Below, piece after piece: positions 12,048-25,060 of a stretch of 64,000 nucleotides of DNA. Origin of the DNA: Octopus vulgaris (Eukaryota); assembly GCA_951406725.2 (NCBI GenBank), contig OX597815.1:74276001-74340000 (forward strand), read 5' to 3'. The stretch's first letter is position 1. Every line of letters starts with the position of its first letter. The notes beneath the pieces are model-generated. The model searched no databases and was not told where the DNA came from. It saw only the letters and a program-made list of their open reading frames with translations. The position numbers and the translations under genes are program-made.

Positions 12048-13653
12048 GTAATAATAATAATAATGATAAAATACTCATCACCTTTATAATAATAATGGTA
12101 ATCAACATCATCATCATCATTTAATGTTTTTCTTGCCGGTATGGGATGAATAGTTTGAGCAGATTTGATGAACCACAGGACTGTGTCGAACTCCAGGGTC
12201 AGCTCTGGCTTGGTTTCTATGATTAGATGCCCTTCCTAATGCTAACCACTTTACAGAGTGTACTTGGTGCTATTTTTTTCATGCTGCTGGCACTAATGAG
12301 GTCACCAAGTAAGCAAGCTTCATTGTCATGCATGTGGTGTCCTTCATTTCCACTTCTCTGCAAAAACATGTCTAGCCATGGGGGAAATATTTCTATTCAT
12401 TTTACCAATTTCCTGCAGTTTTTGCCGAATTTGAACATATGGCAATTATTTTCTAAGATTATTTTCATCTTAGTTTCAACATCCTGTTTTAATAACCTTC
12501 AATGAAGCTTTTAAACCATATATTAAGGTCCCATAGATGGTATATATGCCATATTAAAATTTAAATATATTCTAAAGCGTTAAAATATGAAATCATTTTA
12601 TTCTTTTAGGCATAGCTGCATGGTTAAGTTGACTTTGTAACCATGTGGTTTTGGGTTCAGTTCCACTGCACAGCACCTTGGGCAAGTGTCTAGCCCAGTG
12701 CCTTGTGAGTGAATTTGGTAAATGGAAGCCTTTCATGTATATATGTATGTTTGTATCTGGACACACATATTTCTTTTCATCTTTTACTTGTTTCAGGCTG
12801 TGGACATGCTGAGGCACTGCCTTGGAAAAATTTTAGTCAAATTAATCAACCCCAGTACTTTTTGTTAACTGTGGTATTTATTCTATTGGTCTCTTTTGCT
12901 GAACCACTAAGTTACGGGGATGTAAATTCACCAACACCAGTGTTGTCAAACGGGCTGGGGAACAAACAGACATGATGTCATACAGACACAGATATATATA
13001 TATATATATATATGTACACACACGCATACATATGATGGGCTTCTTTCAATTTCTGTCTACCAAATCCTCTCATAAGGCTTTGGTAGCCTGAGGCTATAGT
13101 AGAACACACTTTTTTGAGTTGGCATGCAGTAGGATTGAACCTGGAACCATGTGGTTGGGAAGCAAGCTTCTTACCACACAAGACCTTCAAAGACCAAAGT
13201 GGAGAAGGGTTCTATGCCAACAGCGGTCAAACATGGGTCAGTCAGTCCTTAGAAGTGGGTGAAAGCTTCCACAAAAAGCGCCAGATCTGTTGTCATGGAA
13301 CAAATATGTATATATTTGTATAAACATACATGTATGTATATACATATATCTTAGGGCATGTGTGAATGTTTACTTTGAGTGCTTCACATGGCAAAGCTAC
13401 AAATGGTAATATTTCTTGATATTACCCTGTCAACAAATCGTCTGTTGTCTCTGCAGGCTTGTGTTTTCAAAGATGAGAGGAATGAAACCTCCTTTACTTG
13501 GAAAGCAAGTAAAGGTTTACAATAGAAAGTTATAAAAAAAACAATACTGCAATGATATACATTCATCTGACCCATGCTTGCATAGAAAAGTAGACATAAA
13601 ACAAACAAAGTGTAAAACAACTGAAATATTTTATGAATATTATAATTGATTTA

Positions 13654-14804
13654 CCATAAAAAAACCCATGTAATTTGTGCACCTGTGTAATTTATGCAGG
13701 TGATTTTCAGGATAAAAATTGTTAAAAAAAAGCTTCTCCTCGTGTTAAATTCGCACCTAAAAGTATTCAGAATTTCTGATATGGCCAGGGAAAAAAGGTT
13801 TTCAATTTAGTTGTATTTAGCATAATTTTACTTATTTATGATTAGATTTTATTAAATTTTCATAAAATAAAATAACTTCTGTTTAACAGGTATCACATTG
13901 AAAGCTATTAAATTACAGTGTTTGTGTTGTTTATAATAAACTTTATTTTACATTTCTTGCTCACAAGAGATTATGTCCAATTTTTAACATACTTCTGTAT
14001 GTCTTCTCAAATCACAATCACAGGAAAAGTTGTTGATAACTCTTATCAACAAAAACAAAACTGATAAATACACACAAGTGTTGCAAAATAAGTTTAATTA
14101 CTAATAAACATCAGCTTGGATGACACTTTACTCAACCAACAGATTATGTAAATAGAATTCTGATTGGTCGACAATGTCGTTTTGTTTCAAGCTCTGATTT
14201 TCTGCCTATTCTTGTCGGAACCTTTGATACAGAGTATCGAAATTTTAATCCCTTTCACACTTATAGAATGTCAAGCAAACCTAAAAATTTGTCATTACCA
14301 TTTTAGCTGGGAGACCAAACTGATAGTTTGGTAACCTGCTAAAATAAACATTAAAAATCAAAAAGAGAAAATAAACAGCTTTTGCACATTTAACTCCATG
14401 TTTATTGAACAAGAAAGATGCGAATTTTAAGAAGCAACTTGTTAGAATATCCATGTCTGTAAGGAGGCATAAACAAGAATAGCAAAAATCTACTATACCA
14501 AAAGAATTGGTAATACATACTTTACAAGTGTTCTACAAAGAAAACATAAGATTACTGCATAATTCAACATGAATGTGAAATGACATTAAACGTCATATAA
14601 GGTAAATGAAGTTTTCAGTGTGAATGCTAAGTCATATTCACTCAGTGACTTTACATGCGCAGAGTCAACTTCTGGTACAAATATTTACATTTGTATGTCA
14701 TTTTTCAACAAAAAAGATTTCTAAAAAAATTCTGGAAATTATCTACTCATGTAATTTATGCATCCCCTAAAGTTTATGTGCGTAAATTTCATGGGTTTTT
14801 ACAG
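13654..14804. mobile_element. Non-autonomous Tc2/pogo-like DNA transposon, about 1.15 kb
   Basis: TA-flanked imperfect TIRs ccataaaaaaacccatgtaatttgtgcac / gtgcgtaaatttcatgggtttttacag; subterminal tgtaatttatgca repeats; no ORF. Confidence 0.7.
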
Positions 14805-15035
14805 TAATTGATTAAATATTTCAATTATGTTCCTTAGTGGTTGGCATTAGGAAGGGCATCTAGTTTTAGAGCATGCTAAAGCAGACATTCGAGCATGATG
14901 TGAGCCTTGAACCCATCAAATCTTGTGAAACTGTCCAACCCATGCCAGCATGGAACATGGACATTAAATGATGATGATGATGAATTATTAATTTCCCCTT
15001 CAATTTATAAATGTTTGATATTTTTTTTTTTAAAG

Positions 15036-15159
15036 GTGTGGTTCAGACTTCTCTGGCCTCAAAGATCAATCAACAACTAACAACATTGTCTATAAATTCA
15101 TTATACATTATCATGATCTCTTCGCTGATGAAAACCATGCATCATCAAAATGCTCTGAG
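15036..15159 (+). CDS. FAM13A: FAM13-like exon 4 (CGSDFSGLKDQSTTNNIVYKFIIHYHDLFADENHASSKCSE), end of GAP domain
   Basis: T-tract plus aag acceptor, gtaagt donor, 124 nt, phase 2-0; last GAP helix ending in Y..LF. Confidence 0.9.
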
Positions 15160-16795
15160 GTAAGTTTACATATTCCTTATTAAATCAATATAGAAGGTAT
15201 TCAAAATTTCTGACTCCTGTTGTTGTCCTAGCTCATGTCATTGAACAAACCATCTTATGACCATCCTATCTTCTGAGGGGTATCCAAGACTCTACTATAA
15301 CTTTTGTCCTCATTTGTTTTTTAATTCTCTGAAGTAAGTGATGAAAATTTGACTGCTATTTCTAGCTGGTTGATGACTGCATTAAAGCTCTCTCAGGTTA
15401 ATTAAACACCCAAAATTTATTTTAATGATTCTATTTTTTTCTCTCTCAGCTGTATTCCCATTAGAAAGGATTGGGTACTTTTATGAAGCATTTTAATTTT
15501 AACAAAACATTTTATTAAACTTTTATCATTTAATAACTTAGAGGAGGAAGTGTAACATCCATGAACATTTTCAGGGTTCCCGACACTGCTGCTTATTAGT
15601 TATTCTCAGACAGTAAACCTAGTCTACTTATTTGCAACGGAGAGGACTTCATTAAAGGAGATTAGGTGATGGTGTTCAACTGAGGGGCAGATTAAAGTTT
15701 CTAACCAAGGACAACACTGCAGAAGCTGTCCAAGCAGAGCTAGAGAATCCCCTTGAATCTGTATCAAGTGCAACACTGTATCAGTGCAACTTGTGCCAGT
15801 GCCACATTAAAAGCACTCAGCTCACTGTAGAAACCAAGCTAAATCAGGCCGGAACCTAGTGCAGCTTTCCTACTTGCCAGCTCTGTTCAAACCATCCAAC
15901 TCATGCCAGCAAGGAAAATGGATGTTAAAGGATGATAATGATGATAATGAGGTACTTACTGCTCCCCTAGATAGGTTACTGTCTGTCATTTGCTGGGTTC
16001 ATGTCTCCCCTGACTTCTAACCAGTTGTATACTTGTGTATAATATATCTTTTATTAAATTATATAATAATCAGAACTTTTGTGCCTATGGCATACATACA
16101 AAATTGGGAGTTTTTTTTTGCTATTGTCTGTTTCAATCTTAATCAATTTATTTTGCTAAATGATTGCTTTCCTCTGACTTTCTTACATTATTTAGAGAAT
16201 ATAAAGTTTAGTCATGTAAGATGATGTTTCTGAGATAGTTAATAGCTGGTTGAAATATTTGCTGTTTATTTTACAATTAAGTTTCATTTCTCAACCACAA
16301 ACAAAATCATGAGGGGGCTAATGTAAATGGGATATGCTAGAACAGATTTTTTTGTTTTATTATCTAAATAATTTTTGTTTGTTTGTTCTGTATGCCTACT
16401 GAACATTACTACCTTATTTATGAGTTAAATTAATTTTTCTGTCTGCTAAAAGCCGAGCTGGCAGTTAAAATTAAATTTAGCCATATGCTTTTCATTATAC
16501 CCTGCAGTGTTTGCATGTGTGCTTCTAATATCAAGAATACTTTAAATATCTCTTTATTCTGGGCGTGTCCCCACTTTAGAAGCTAATGTTATTAATAGTT
16601 CTTCCTTAAATAATTATTTGATAGTCATTAGATAATTAATGAAATGGGAATATTTATTCAAAAATTTATAGCTGATATTTCTTTCTGCAAGTTATCTTCA
16701 TTCCTTTACATTAAAAAAAAAACTAGAGAAAACATTTGATCACATCTTAGTTTGCATTTAAGTGCAATTCATTGTGTATAAATAGATAGTGTGTC

Positions 16796-16827
<32 letters not shown>

Positions 16828-17419
16828 TGCATCTGAATGTCTTTGCACAAATGAATGTGTTTTGTCCATGTCCTTGTCGATACAGATTTTATCAGTTTGT
16901 CACTGTTTGGGCAGTAGAAACAAAAACAACCTAGCTGTTTATTCATTGCTAAATGATCTTGATTAGTGTCCCTTACTAATTAAACATCCCATATATTTCA
17001 ACTGATGAATGTGTAGGATATAGCCAACTGGGTGGAACCAGTAAATGATAAAATATATTTTGGAATTTGTTATATCATCATAGATTGATTGGGGGCGAGG
17101 AGGAATACAAACAAAAAACATGAGTTTCATCATCATTTAATGTCCATTTTCCATGCTGGCATGGGTTGGACAGTTTGACAGGATCCAGCTAGCCACAGAG
17201 CTGTGCTGAGCTTCAGTATAAGCTTTGGCATGGTTTCTATTGCTGGATGTCCTTCCTAATGCTAAACACTTCACTGTCTGTACTGGGGGCCTTTTTTCCA
17301 TGCAACCAGCTCTACTGAGGTTGACAACTTGCAAGATGGGGAAAAAAAGAAAAGCTAAAAGTTTCTTCATATAAGTCTGTATGTGTGGGAATTTGTGAGG
17401 TGAGAAGAGTTGGCTTTAA

Positions 17420-17639
17420 CCCTTTAGTGTTCACATTCCTCTGCCAAATGTAAAGTTGATTCATTCATATTATTTTGAATTAGTCAAGTATTGTCTCACA
17501 GCTTTGAAATTTTGATGATGTTATTGTCTATTTTTAGGATGACATTGTAGGGTAGGTGTGAGAGGCTAGACCTGGCCAGTTTGAACTTAAAACTGGAGGC
17601 ATATTTGGGCTGGATATGACTAGTTTAAATGGTAAATGG
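17420..17639 (+). mobile_element. piggyBac-like MITE family B
   Basis: TTAA|ccctttag ... taaatgg|TTAA; homologous to 48090-48310. Confidence 0.75.
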
Positions 17640-19060
17640 TTAAGCCATGTGTTGTGAGGGTAAAGTAAAATGGGATATGCCCATGTATCTGGCTCTACTG
17701 AAGATACATAGCTATTCCACATTATAGTAGAGTGGGTAGTAGTAGCTTCGTAGAAGATATGACGGTAGTGATGGAGTGCCTGAGCAAATCATCAAGGAGC
17801 AAGAGAGCATAAAATGGACAGTAGATCAGGAGAGGTGGACTGTTAGAAGAGTTTGAGGGGAGAGTTACAGATGGTTGGAGATGGGAGTAGAAGTGTTTAT
17901 AGGAAATATAATGTTCTGTTATTTGAAGAAATAATCTTTTTCCTTAGTTATAGAGAAATGCTAATTTCATTGTCAGTCTGTTAAAATGATCTACAGTGAA
18001 AGGTCATTTGGTCATTCACTCTGGAGTTTCTATATTATTTATTTATAGCTGTTTCATATTTAGCTTGTATTAACATTTGTTAACTTGGTAAGGATTTCAA
18101 TAATTTCAAGTCTTGGTGAGTATTAACTTGTCTTATAAAGGTGGGATATTTTGAAGACATCATTTTATTCCGGTTTTTTTTTTTTTTATAGTTATTATCT
18201 AGTTAATATTTCCGTATATTTTACGTCTGTTATTGGAGCTCTAGCGATTATAAAGGTAATTATGGTTGGCAAATAGCTCAAAATTGCACTGGTTGTCGTC
18301 ATTGTTATTCTGCCTCTATTTTCACAAATACTTGTATTAACAGCAACAATCTGTCGTGGTATTTTTGTTTTTCATGTATCCACCCTTAATCTATTCTCAG
18401 TTTACAAAAATATTGCCGCTGTCCCAACACTGACAATTTTAGTGAATAAAGTTTATTATAATCTGAAACTTCCATTCCTACCCCCACCCCTAACAAACTC
18501 CATTAAACTACAACAGAAGGCATTGTTGCTGCAATATAAACAGCAGCTAAATAATTAAGAACTATAAAATAGTAGCATTTTTTAAATGATATTTCAATTG
18601 TCATTGTTCTCTGCAGATGTGAGCAATGGTAGCCTCTGCATGGTTAGTCAACCTTCTGGAAATAGCAGCCAAATTTCCTCTTAAATTACACAATTACACA
18701 CCGCTACCTTAGAAAAAGCAGAACATATTAGTTAATGTAGTATTGAATATGCAATGACTGAAATAAAGGATTAGTTGTCCTTGGCTAGAACACACTTCAT
18801 GTAGGTCTGTTCAGTTAAGGTTGATGTGGGCCAAGTTAAGAAACTTTCAATGTGTACTAAATTTATCCAATATTTGATACACATCTATGGAAGAAACATT
18901 GTCTATAGCTTTGTGATGACTTTATGGTTAATGTGCTAGATTATTGGTAAATCCTGTTACTTCACTTGGGTCAATTTCTCTATTTGAAACATAGTTACAG
19001 TAATTAGTTTCTGTTTTTTTCTTTTGTGCATATGTTAGAAAGCACAACTTTTCTTAAAAT

Positions 19061-19965
19061 TATTAATGACTTGAGGGTACATGGTATTTTGTTATGCAAC
19101 CATAATATGCTATAAAGTATATTAAACATCTTTATAAGTCAATACCAGGTACTACTGTGTTAGCAGTGCACTTAAATCATGTGTTATGGCCATCTTTACA
19201 AAATTTCTAGAGAAATTATAGCCAGGACTGATTTTGTTATGATGTTTCATATCCAAGACATCAGATGTAAACAAACAATGAGAGTGAAGATCAAAAATGG
19301 GTAATTGATGTATATGCCATATTTTGGGAGTTTTTGCTTCTTCATCAGCACCCAGCTAACCCATTAATCATCCACAAACTCAAAGCCTTCTGCATATTGC
19401 ATATATGCCCTTTACCCATTTTTCCATTTTTTACCTCATTGTCTTTACCCATTTTTCCATTTTTTTACCTCATTGTTTGTTTATATCTGACATCTTGGAT
19501 ACGAAACATCATAACAGAATCAGTGCTGGCTATAATTCCTATAGAAAACCTGTAGCGATGACCTTAACATGTGATTTAAGTGCCCTATTAACACAATATT
19601 GGTTTATAAAAATGTTTAATATACTTTGTAGCATATTATGGTTGCATAATGAAATACTGTGTACCGACAAGTCACTAATATCTATGTACAAGCTTCTAGG
19701 AATGTGTTTGATATGTAAATTGGTATATCCAATAATGTTACACTGCTATATGTAGTGACTGTTTAAGCAATGGATTTGTAGATAATTAATGGATTAGGTG
19801 GGTGCGGGTAAAAGAGCAAAACTCCTGAAATATGGCATCTATGCCCATTACCCATATTTTATCTTTGATCTCATTGCTTGTTTACATCTGACATCTCAGG
19901 TTTGAAACGACATAACAGAAATCAGTGCTGGCTATAATTCTGATAGAAAATCTGTAGAGATGACC
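19061..19965. repeat. Long inverted repeat (fold-back) with an extra third arm
   Basis: 19061-19320 is the reverse complement of about 19399-19680; 19188-19380 is also the reverse complement of 19772-19965. Confidence 0.85.
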
Positions 19966-21713
19966 TTAATGTGGGAAATTTTTAAAATGTTAGTTACCCT
20001 CATTCTGAATCTTTCAAATCTTGAAAACTGTTTGTTGGTAGTGGGGTAGAATGGGAGTAAAAAGTGCATATGAAGTAGTAAGAACAAAGCAAAATTCTGG
20101 TTTTTATCAAGTAATCTAGTATATTTAAATCCCAGTATGTGTGTGTATAATGACAAATGCACACATTTCTACAATTCTCAGCCAATTTTCACCGAAATTT
20201 ACACACACATTACTTATGTCCCAAGGATGGTCATGCACAATAACATTTTCCCAGAGCTCGGACGTAAATGGACATAGATTTTTGGATGTAGGGTCTTCCA
20301 TACCCAATATGTTAGGTAGAATGGATAGAGCTATTTATTATATCAAAATTTGACAGTCTACATCCTTGGCAATGTATTATTTTCATACCTGTTTTGCTGC
20401 ATGCTTGCATTATAAAATGTTTTATAGTCATATCCTCAAATATTAAATATACACCATATCAATTATCTCATATAATTTCGTATGTAATATCTTTTTGAAT
20501 ATGATTTTTTTTTTGGTTGAATAAAAGAATAAAGTTTTGTTCTCCTAGTCACCGTCTATTGTTGTGGATTTAGACCATTGATTCCAAAATTTGCACCTGT
20601 ATAGTTTTTGGCTATTTATGTCTGGTTAATAATCATAAACTGTACAGGTGCAAATAAAGGAATCATGGGGTAGGTGAAATTTGAAATGTTCTTTTTACCC
20701 CCTTTCTCTCTCTTTTCTAAAAAAACTGCTTCATAGCTATTTTATGTTACCAGGATGGTTTGTTTGCACTTTTGTTTGCGTAATTACTTTTGCAACACTT
20801 TTTTGTTGCTACCCACTCAACTGTGATGTAGGAGTGGAGCCTGTTTATCTGCCAGTTAAACTGAGGCAAAAGTTATTTATACAACACAATTATTACAACA
20901 CAATGACAGTAGTACTAAAATTGGATTTTTATTTTATTTGTGCTTTATTTGGTTTGAAGAAGAAACCTGAAATATTATTTGAAAGGGCACATATGACTCG
21001 TAGTCCTAGTACTTCTTTCTCTTTCTTGTTTAATACTTATTACATCTCTTTCTTACAAATGAAATGATTTTAAAGGTTTTAATCATTGTTGTCATGATCA
21101 TCATTTAATGCCTACATTTCCGTGCTTGCATAGGTTGCCAGCACTCACCTGTTTCTAGGTAAGGTAATATTTCCTCATGACTAGACACGTTTCCCACTTA
21201 AGATTGGAAATGAACAGCATTGTTTACATGACAGTGATGCCTATTTATGACTGTCATATGATGTTTAGGCTTGAGTACACACACACATGCATGCATCTTC
21301 AAATTTTCATCTACCAAATCCTTTCACAAGGCTTTGGATGGCCTCGGACTATAATAGAAGGCACCATCCCAAAGACGCCATGCAGTGTGATCGAACCCAG
21401 CACCACATAGTTGGGAAGCAAACTTCTCAACCACACAATCATGAAATGCACAAAACTCTTGGCCCTTAAATCACTTATCTAACTTTACAGCTGATATTTT
21501 CAAGAAGTGCAAGCATATGGGAATTTACAGGTGTGCCTTTCCTGAATTGTAAATCAGATAGATTGTTTGAGGAATGTAAAGTAATGTGTCTTGTCTAAGG
21601 ATAGAACACTATCTTAGTTGTTTGATTTAATAGGAACATTTTCAATTCCTCAGCAACCATTTCCTTCTGAAATTGTATTGTTAATTTTCTTTCCTTTCTT
21701 TTTTAAATTTTAG

Positions 21714-21800
21714 TGCAACAACAGAACCAAAAATACCGGCTCTACCGCTCGCCCAATGTCTCAAAAAGAAGACCGAAAGTCTGTCACCTTGCCAAGAAAG
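21714..21800 (+). CDS. FAM13A: FAM13-like exon 5 (CNNRTKNTGSTARPMSQKEDRKSVTLPRK)
   Basis: Long pyrimidine tract plus tag, AAG|gtaaca donor, 87 nt, phase 0-0, open frame, CpG-containing composition unlike its flanks. Confidence 0.75.
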
Positions 21801-22339
21801 GTAACATTATAGCATCTGCTTTTGTTTTTAATATATCATTATCTGTATCTAATAAAATAAAAATTCCATTCATGCTAACACTGAAAATTTCTAAAACAGC
21901 TGAAATAGAAATATCATTGTCTTAACAACCACTTTTCCATGTTTCCATAGATCACATGGATAACCTACCTCAATAAATTCCATCTGATCCATGAAAAAGT
22001 GGACATTAAAATGATGTTCATTTCAGCCTGTTTTAGAAATTTTTGGTGTCAGCATGAATAGAACATTTTTTTCTATTTTTTAAATTAGATATTATTTAAT
22101 CAAACAATTACGTCGAAATAATTGTTTGATTAGATAAAATTGTGTTTACATAGCATTCTTGATCTGAAGCAAAGAACACTATTATTATTATGCTTATCCT
22201 GAATTCCATGCATTGTTATTCTAGTTTTGGGAAGATCAGTTTTAAATTCCATTCCTGCCCATTGATTAGACAAACATGTTATTGCACATCATAAAATAGC
22301 AATAACACTTCAAAAATTCCTGTATACTGAATCAAACAT

Positions 22340-22700
22340 CAGTATATACGTTTCCATATTCATCATCACATATCGATATATACATCATGTACATGTTAAT
22401 CTACACTATCTCCTACATTGACATATGCTTTATCACATATTAATATATATCCTCTCCCTATACATTATTACATATCGATATATACCCTCCCCATACACAG
22501 CATCACATATCCATTTCATCACATGTTGACTGTTGATGTGCATCACATATTGATAGATATTATCACATCACATATCAGTATATACCATTTCCATACATGT
22601 TGCCACATATCAATATATCTTCTCTCCATGCACATGTCATCATACATTAATATACACCATTTCTGTACTCTCCATAAATCCTATACCATTTAAAACATGT
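22340..22700. repeat. Degenerate minisatellite, unit about 35 bp
   Basis: Recurring catcacatatcgatatatacc(t)ctccatacac motif. Confidence 0.6.
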
Positions 22701-23616
22701 ATACTATAGCTTGCATGAAACATCACAGCCAACACATATATTTCACTTATGCATACACCCTCTTAGGTGAATTGAATTTCTGTGTCATTTTGACATTGAG
22801 AAATTACATATGTCTCATTTAGGAATGGCTTCTTATCTCCCAAAATTATGATAGGAATATTTACAATGTCAGGGAAAAAAGAGCAAATGACCTTGGAGTT
22901 TTGTATGTTTTTATCTTATGTTGACCCACATTACAAGAACTACAAAAGAAAAACAATAAATTAATTTGATAAATCAAAACCTTATCATAGTAAATACATA
23001 CACCCACAATTTATACACAGTAAATAAACACACACACACACACACACACACATGCTCTCTCTCTCTCTCACTCTCTCTCATGAAAATCTTTGCCCCTCCA
23101 GCTGCTTGTTTCTTCTAGTTAAATAGTTAAATTTTTATTTTGCCTCATCAAATTGAAACCTGGTAGTGTTAAGACAATTGATTCAGTGCTCAGTCCTGTC
23201 ACCCTGCTTTAAGCACTTACATGTGGAACTGGATTAAATATCAGCTTGCAGATGTCAAACTTGAAAAAATTTAGCAAAAGTGACGACCATTTGTCATAAA
23301 TTAAGGTATAGATTTTAAATGTTAAAATACTTAACTCCCATATGTTATCATTTTTATGTTTGTTTTTGCCTGCTTGAATGAGTTTGGATGTGTCCTTTCC
23401 AACACAACATCTGTTCACTCTGTTGCATTCCTTTATCCTCTCCTTTATGAGGTTCAACAGCCTGATATCAGTCTTCTCTATTTCTGTCCATGTTTTTTCA
23501 ATCTTATTATTCCATCGGTTCCTTCCACAAGAATCTGTTAGCTGTTCTTTACTCATCAACCAACGTTCATATGCATTATATGTCTGTATCAGCTCAGTCA
23601 TCTTCTGATTCTTCTT

Positions 23617-23848
23617 ATTTCTTGTCTGCCCACAAGGGGCTACACACAGAGGGGACAAACAAGGACAGACAAACGGATTAAGTCGATTATATCGACCCCC
23701 AATATGTAACTGGTACTTAATTTATCAACCCCGAAAGGATGAAAGGCAAAGTCGACCTCAGCGGAATTTTAACTCAGAACGTAGTGGCAGATGAAATACC
23801 GCTAAGTATTTTGCCCGGCATGCTAATGTTTCTGCCAGTTCGTTGCCT
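23617..23848 (-). mobile_element. tRNA-derived MetaSINE-type element (family 2) with TSD
   Basis: Minus strand carries gcctttcatcctttcgggg...taagtaccag; 11-bp TSD tgattcttctt at 23606-23616 and 23849-23859; close copy at 51659-51888. Confidence 0.85.
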
Positions 23849-24299
23849 TGATTCTTCTTGTGCCCAGTTTTTCTTTCAGTTCATCTGTGCCTCATCATTC
23901 ATGCAGATTAACATTCCACATCCAGTGAAACATTTTCATCTTGCTCCTTTCCAAAACATTGTTTTTGTTATTGAGTTCTTATATAAAGAAGGAAGTAGGT
24001 GTCGTATAAATTCTTGTGGAGCCTCTATTTAAGAAATTATTGATCTAGGTGGCTCAATTATATCCCACCCCATCCCCACATTGATTAAACCAATAAGATT
24101 GATGTTCAATTTGAACTTCTGTTGTTTGGATTGATGCTTGTTGATTAAATGTAAGGAGAAGGAAATTCTGCAGTGTTGCAGCTCTGGGAAGTAATGACTA
24201 AGTAAAGTGTTTAGTGTTGGTTTGCTGGGGTGGGGAGACACAGCAGCGAGGATAACATAGATAAGTATATTGGTGGGCCAGTGGGAAGTGGTACATAAC

Positions 24300-25060
24300 T
24301 TCAGGGAGGAAAAGCAACCCCCATTGTAGTAGTGGTAGAAGATGCTGGGAAGAGTTTTTGTGTATGCCAATAGATGCAGCCTATTAGTGGACAAGTCTTT
24401 GTTAAATGGCTGATTGGACCTCATTTTGAAAATAATCTGGGATGTTTATATATTTAACAGTAGCAGCACTGGCCCAGATATATGACAAGCCCTCCAGTGA
24501 GAGTCCTGTTTGATTGTTGTAGGTCAACTCTTGATCAAGGCTGAAATATTTTTTCTAGCTTTGACCATGTTATAGAGAATACTGATAACAAAAGTTTAGA
24601 TGGTGTTTGACCCTGTACTTGTAAAGAAATTTTGTGTGGAAAGGCTAAATATGTGTTGGTTGATGCAAAGTTGTAATGTGATAGTTCCAAGTATTTTGCA
24701 TGAAGTGTAATTAGGCTTATTGGATGATGTCTCAGTAGGACTGGTTTTTTTTAATATTACAGGGTGATCTTATCTAGTTTCTGTAGTTGTGGGAAATATT
24801 TGCAGTATGACTAAGGCTTGGTTTTTGGGGATGAACTTGTATGCTTGAAATATAAAGTTAACACTCCTTGCATTTTTAAAAATTATCCATAAAACCTGAT
24901 ATATATAGTATCTTTGTGGGCTTTTATCAGACTAGGGAGATTGATGTGGTTTGTATTTTAAGTTCTATAAGTGGATTGCTGCCGACAGTGAGGGCTGAAA
25001 AACACATTCTGCAAAATTACCAGTGGAGATGGAGCAAGAGTTGTTTTAAGTGTTTGGTGT
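24300..25060 (-). pseudogene. Highly decayed non-LTR retrotransposon reverse transcriptase
   Basis: Minus strand gives, in RT order, HPISLI..SCKIL (YRPISL-like), SGPVLLLL (GPLLF-like) and LLAYTKT (YADD position), with frameshifts. Confidence 0.5.

Noticed and set aside
23209-23658. 149-aa minus-strand ORF, the longest in the track
   Set aside because: Starts inside a SINE, has no recognisable domain, and lies downstream of a decayed LINE
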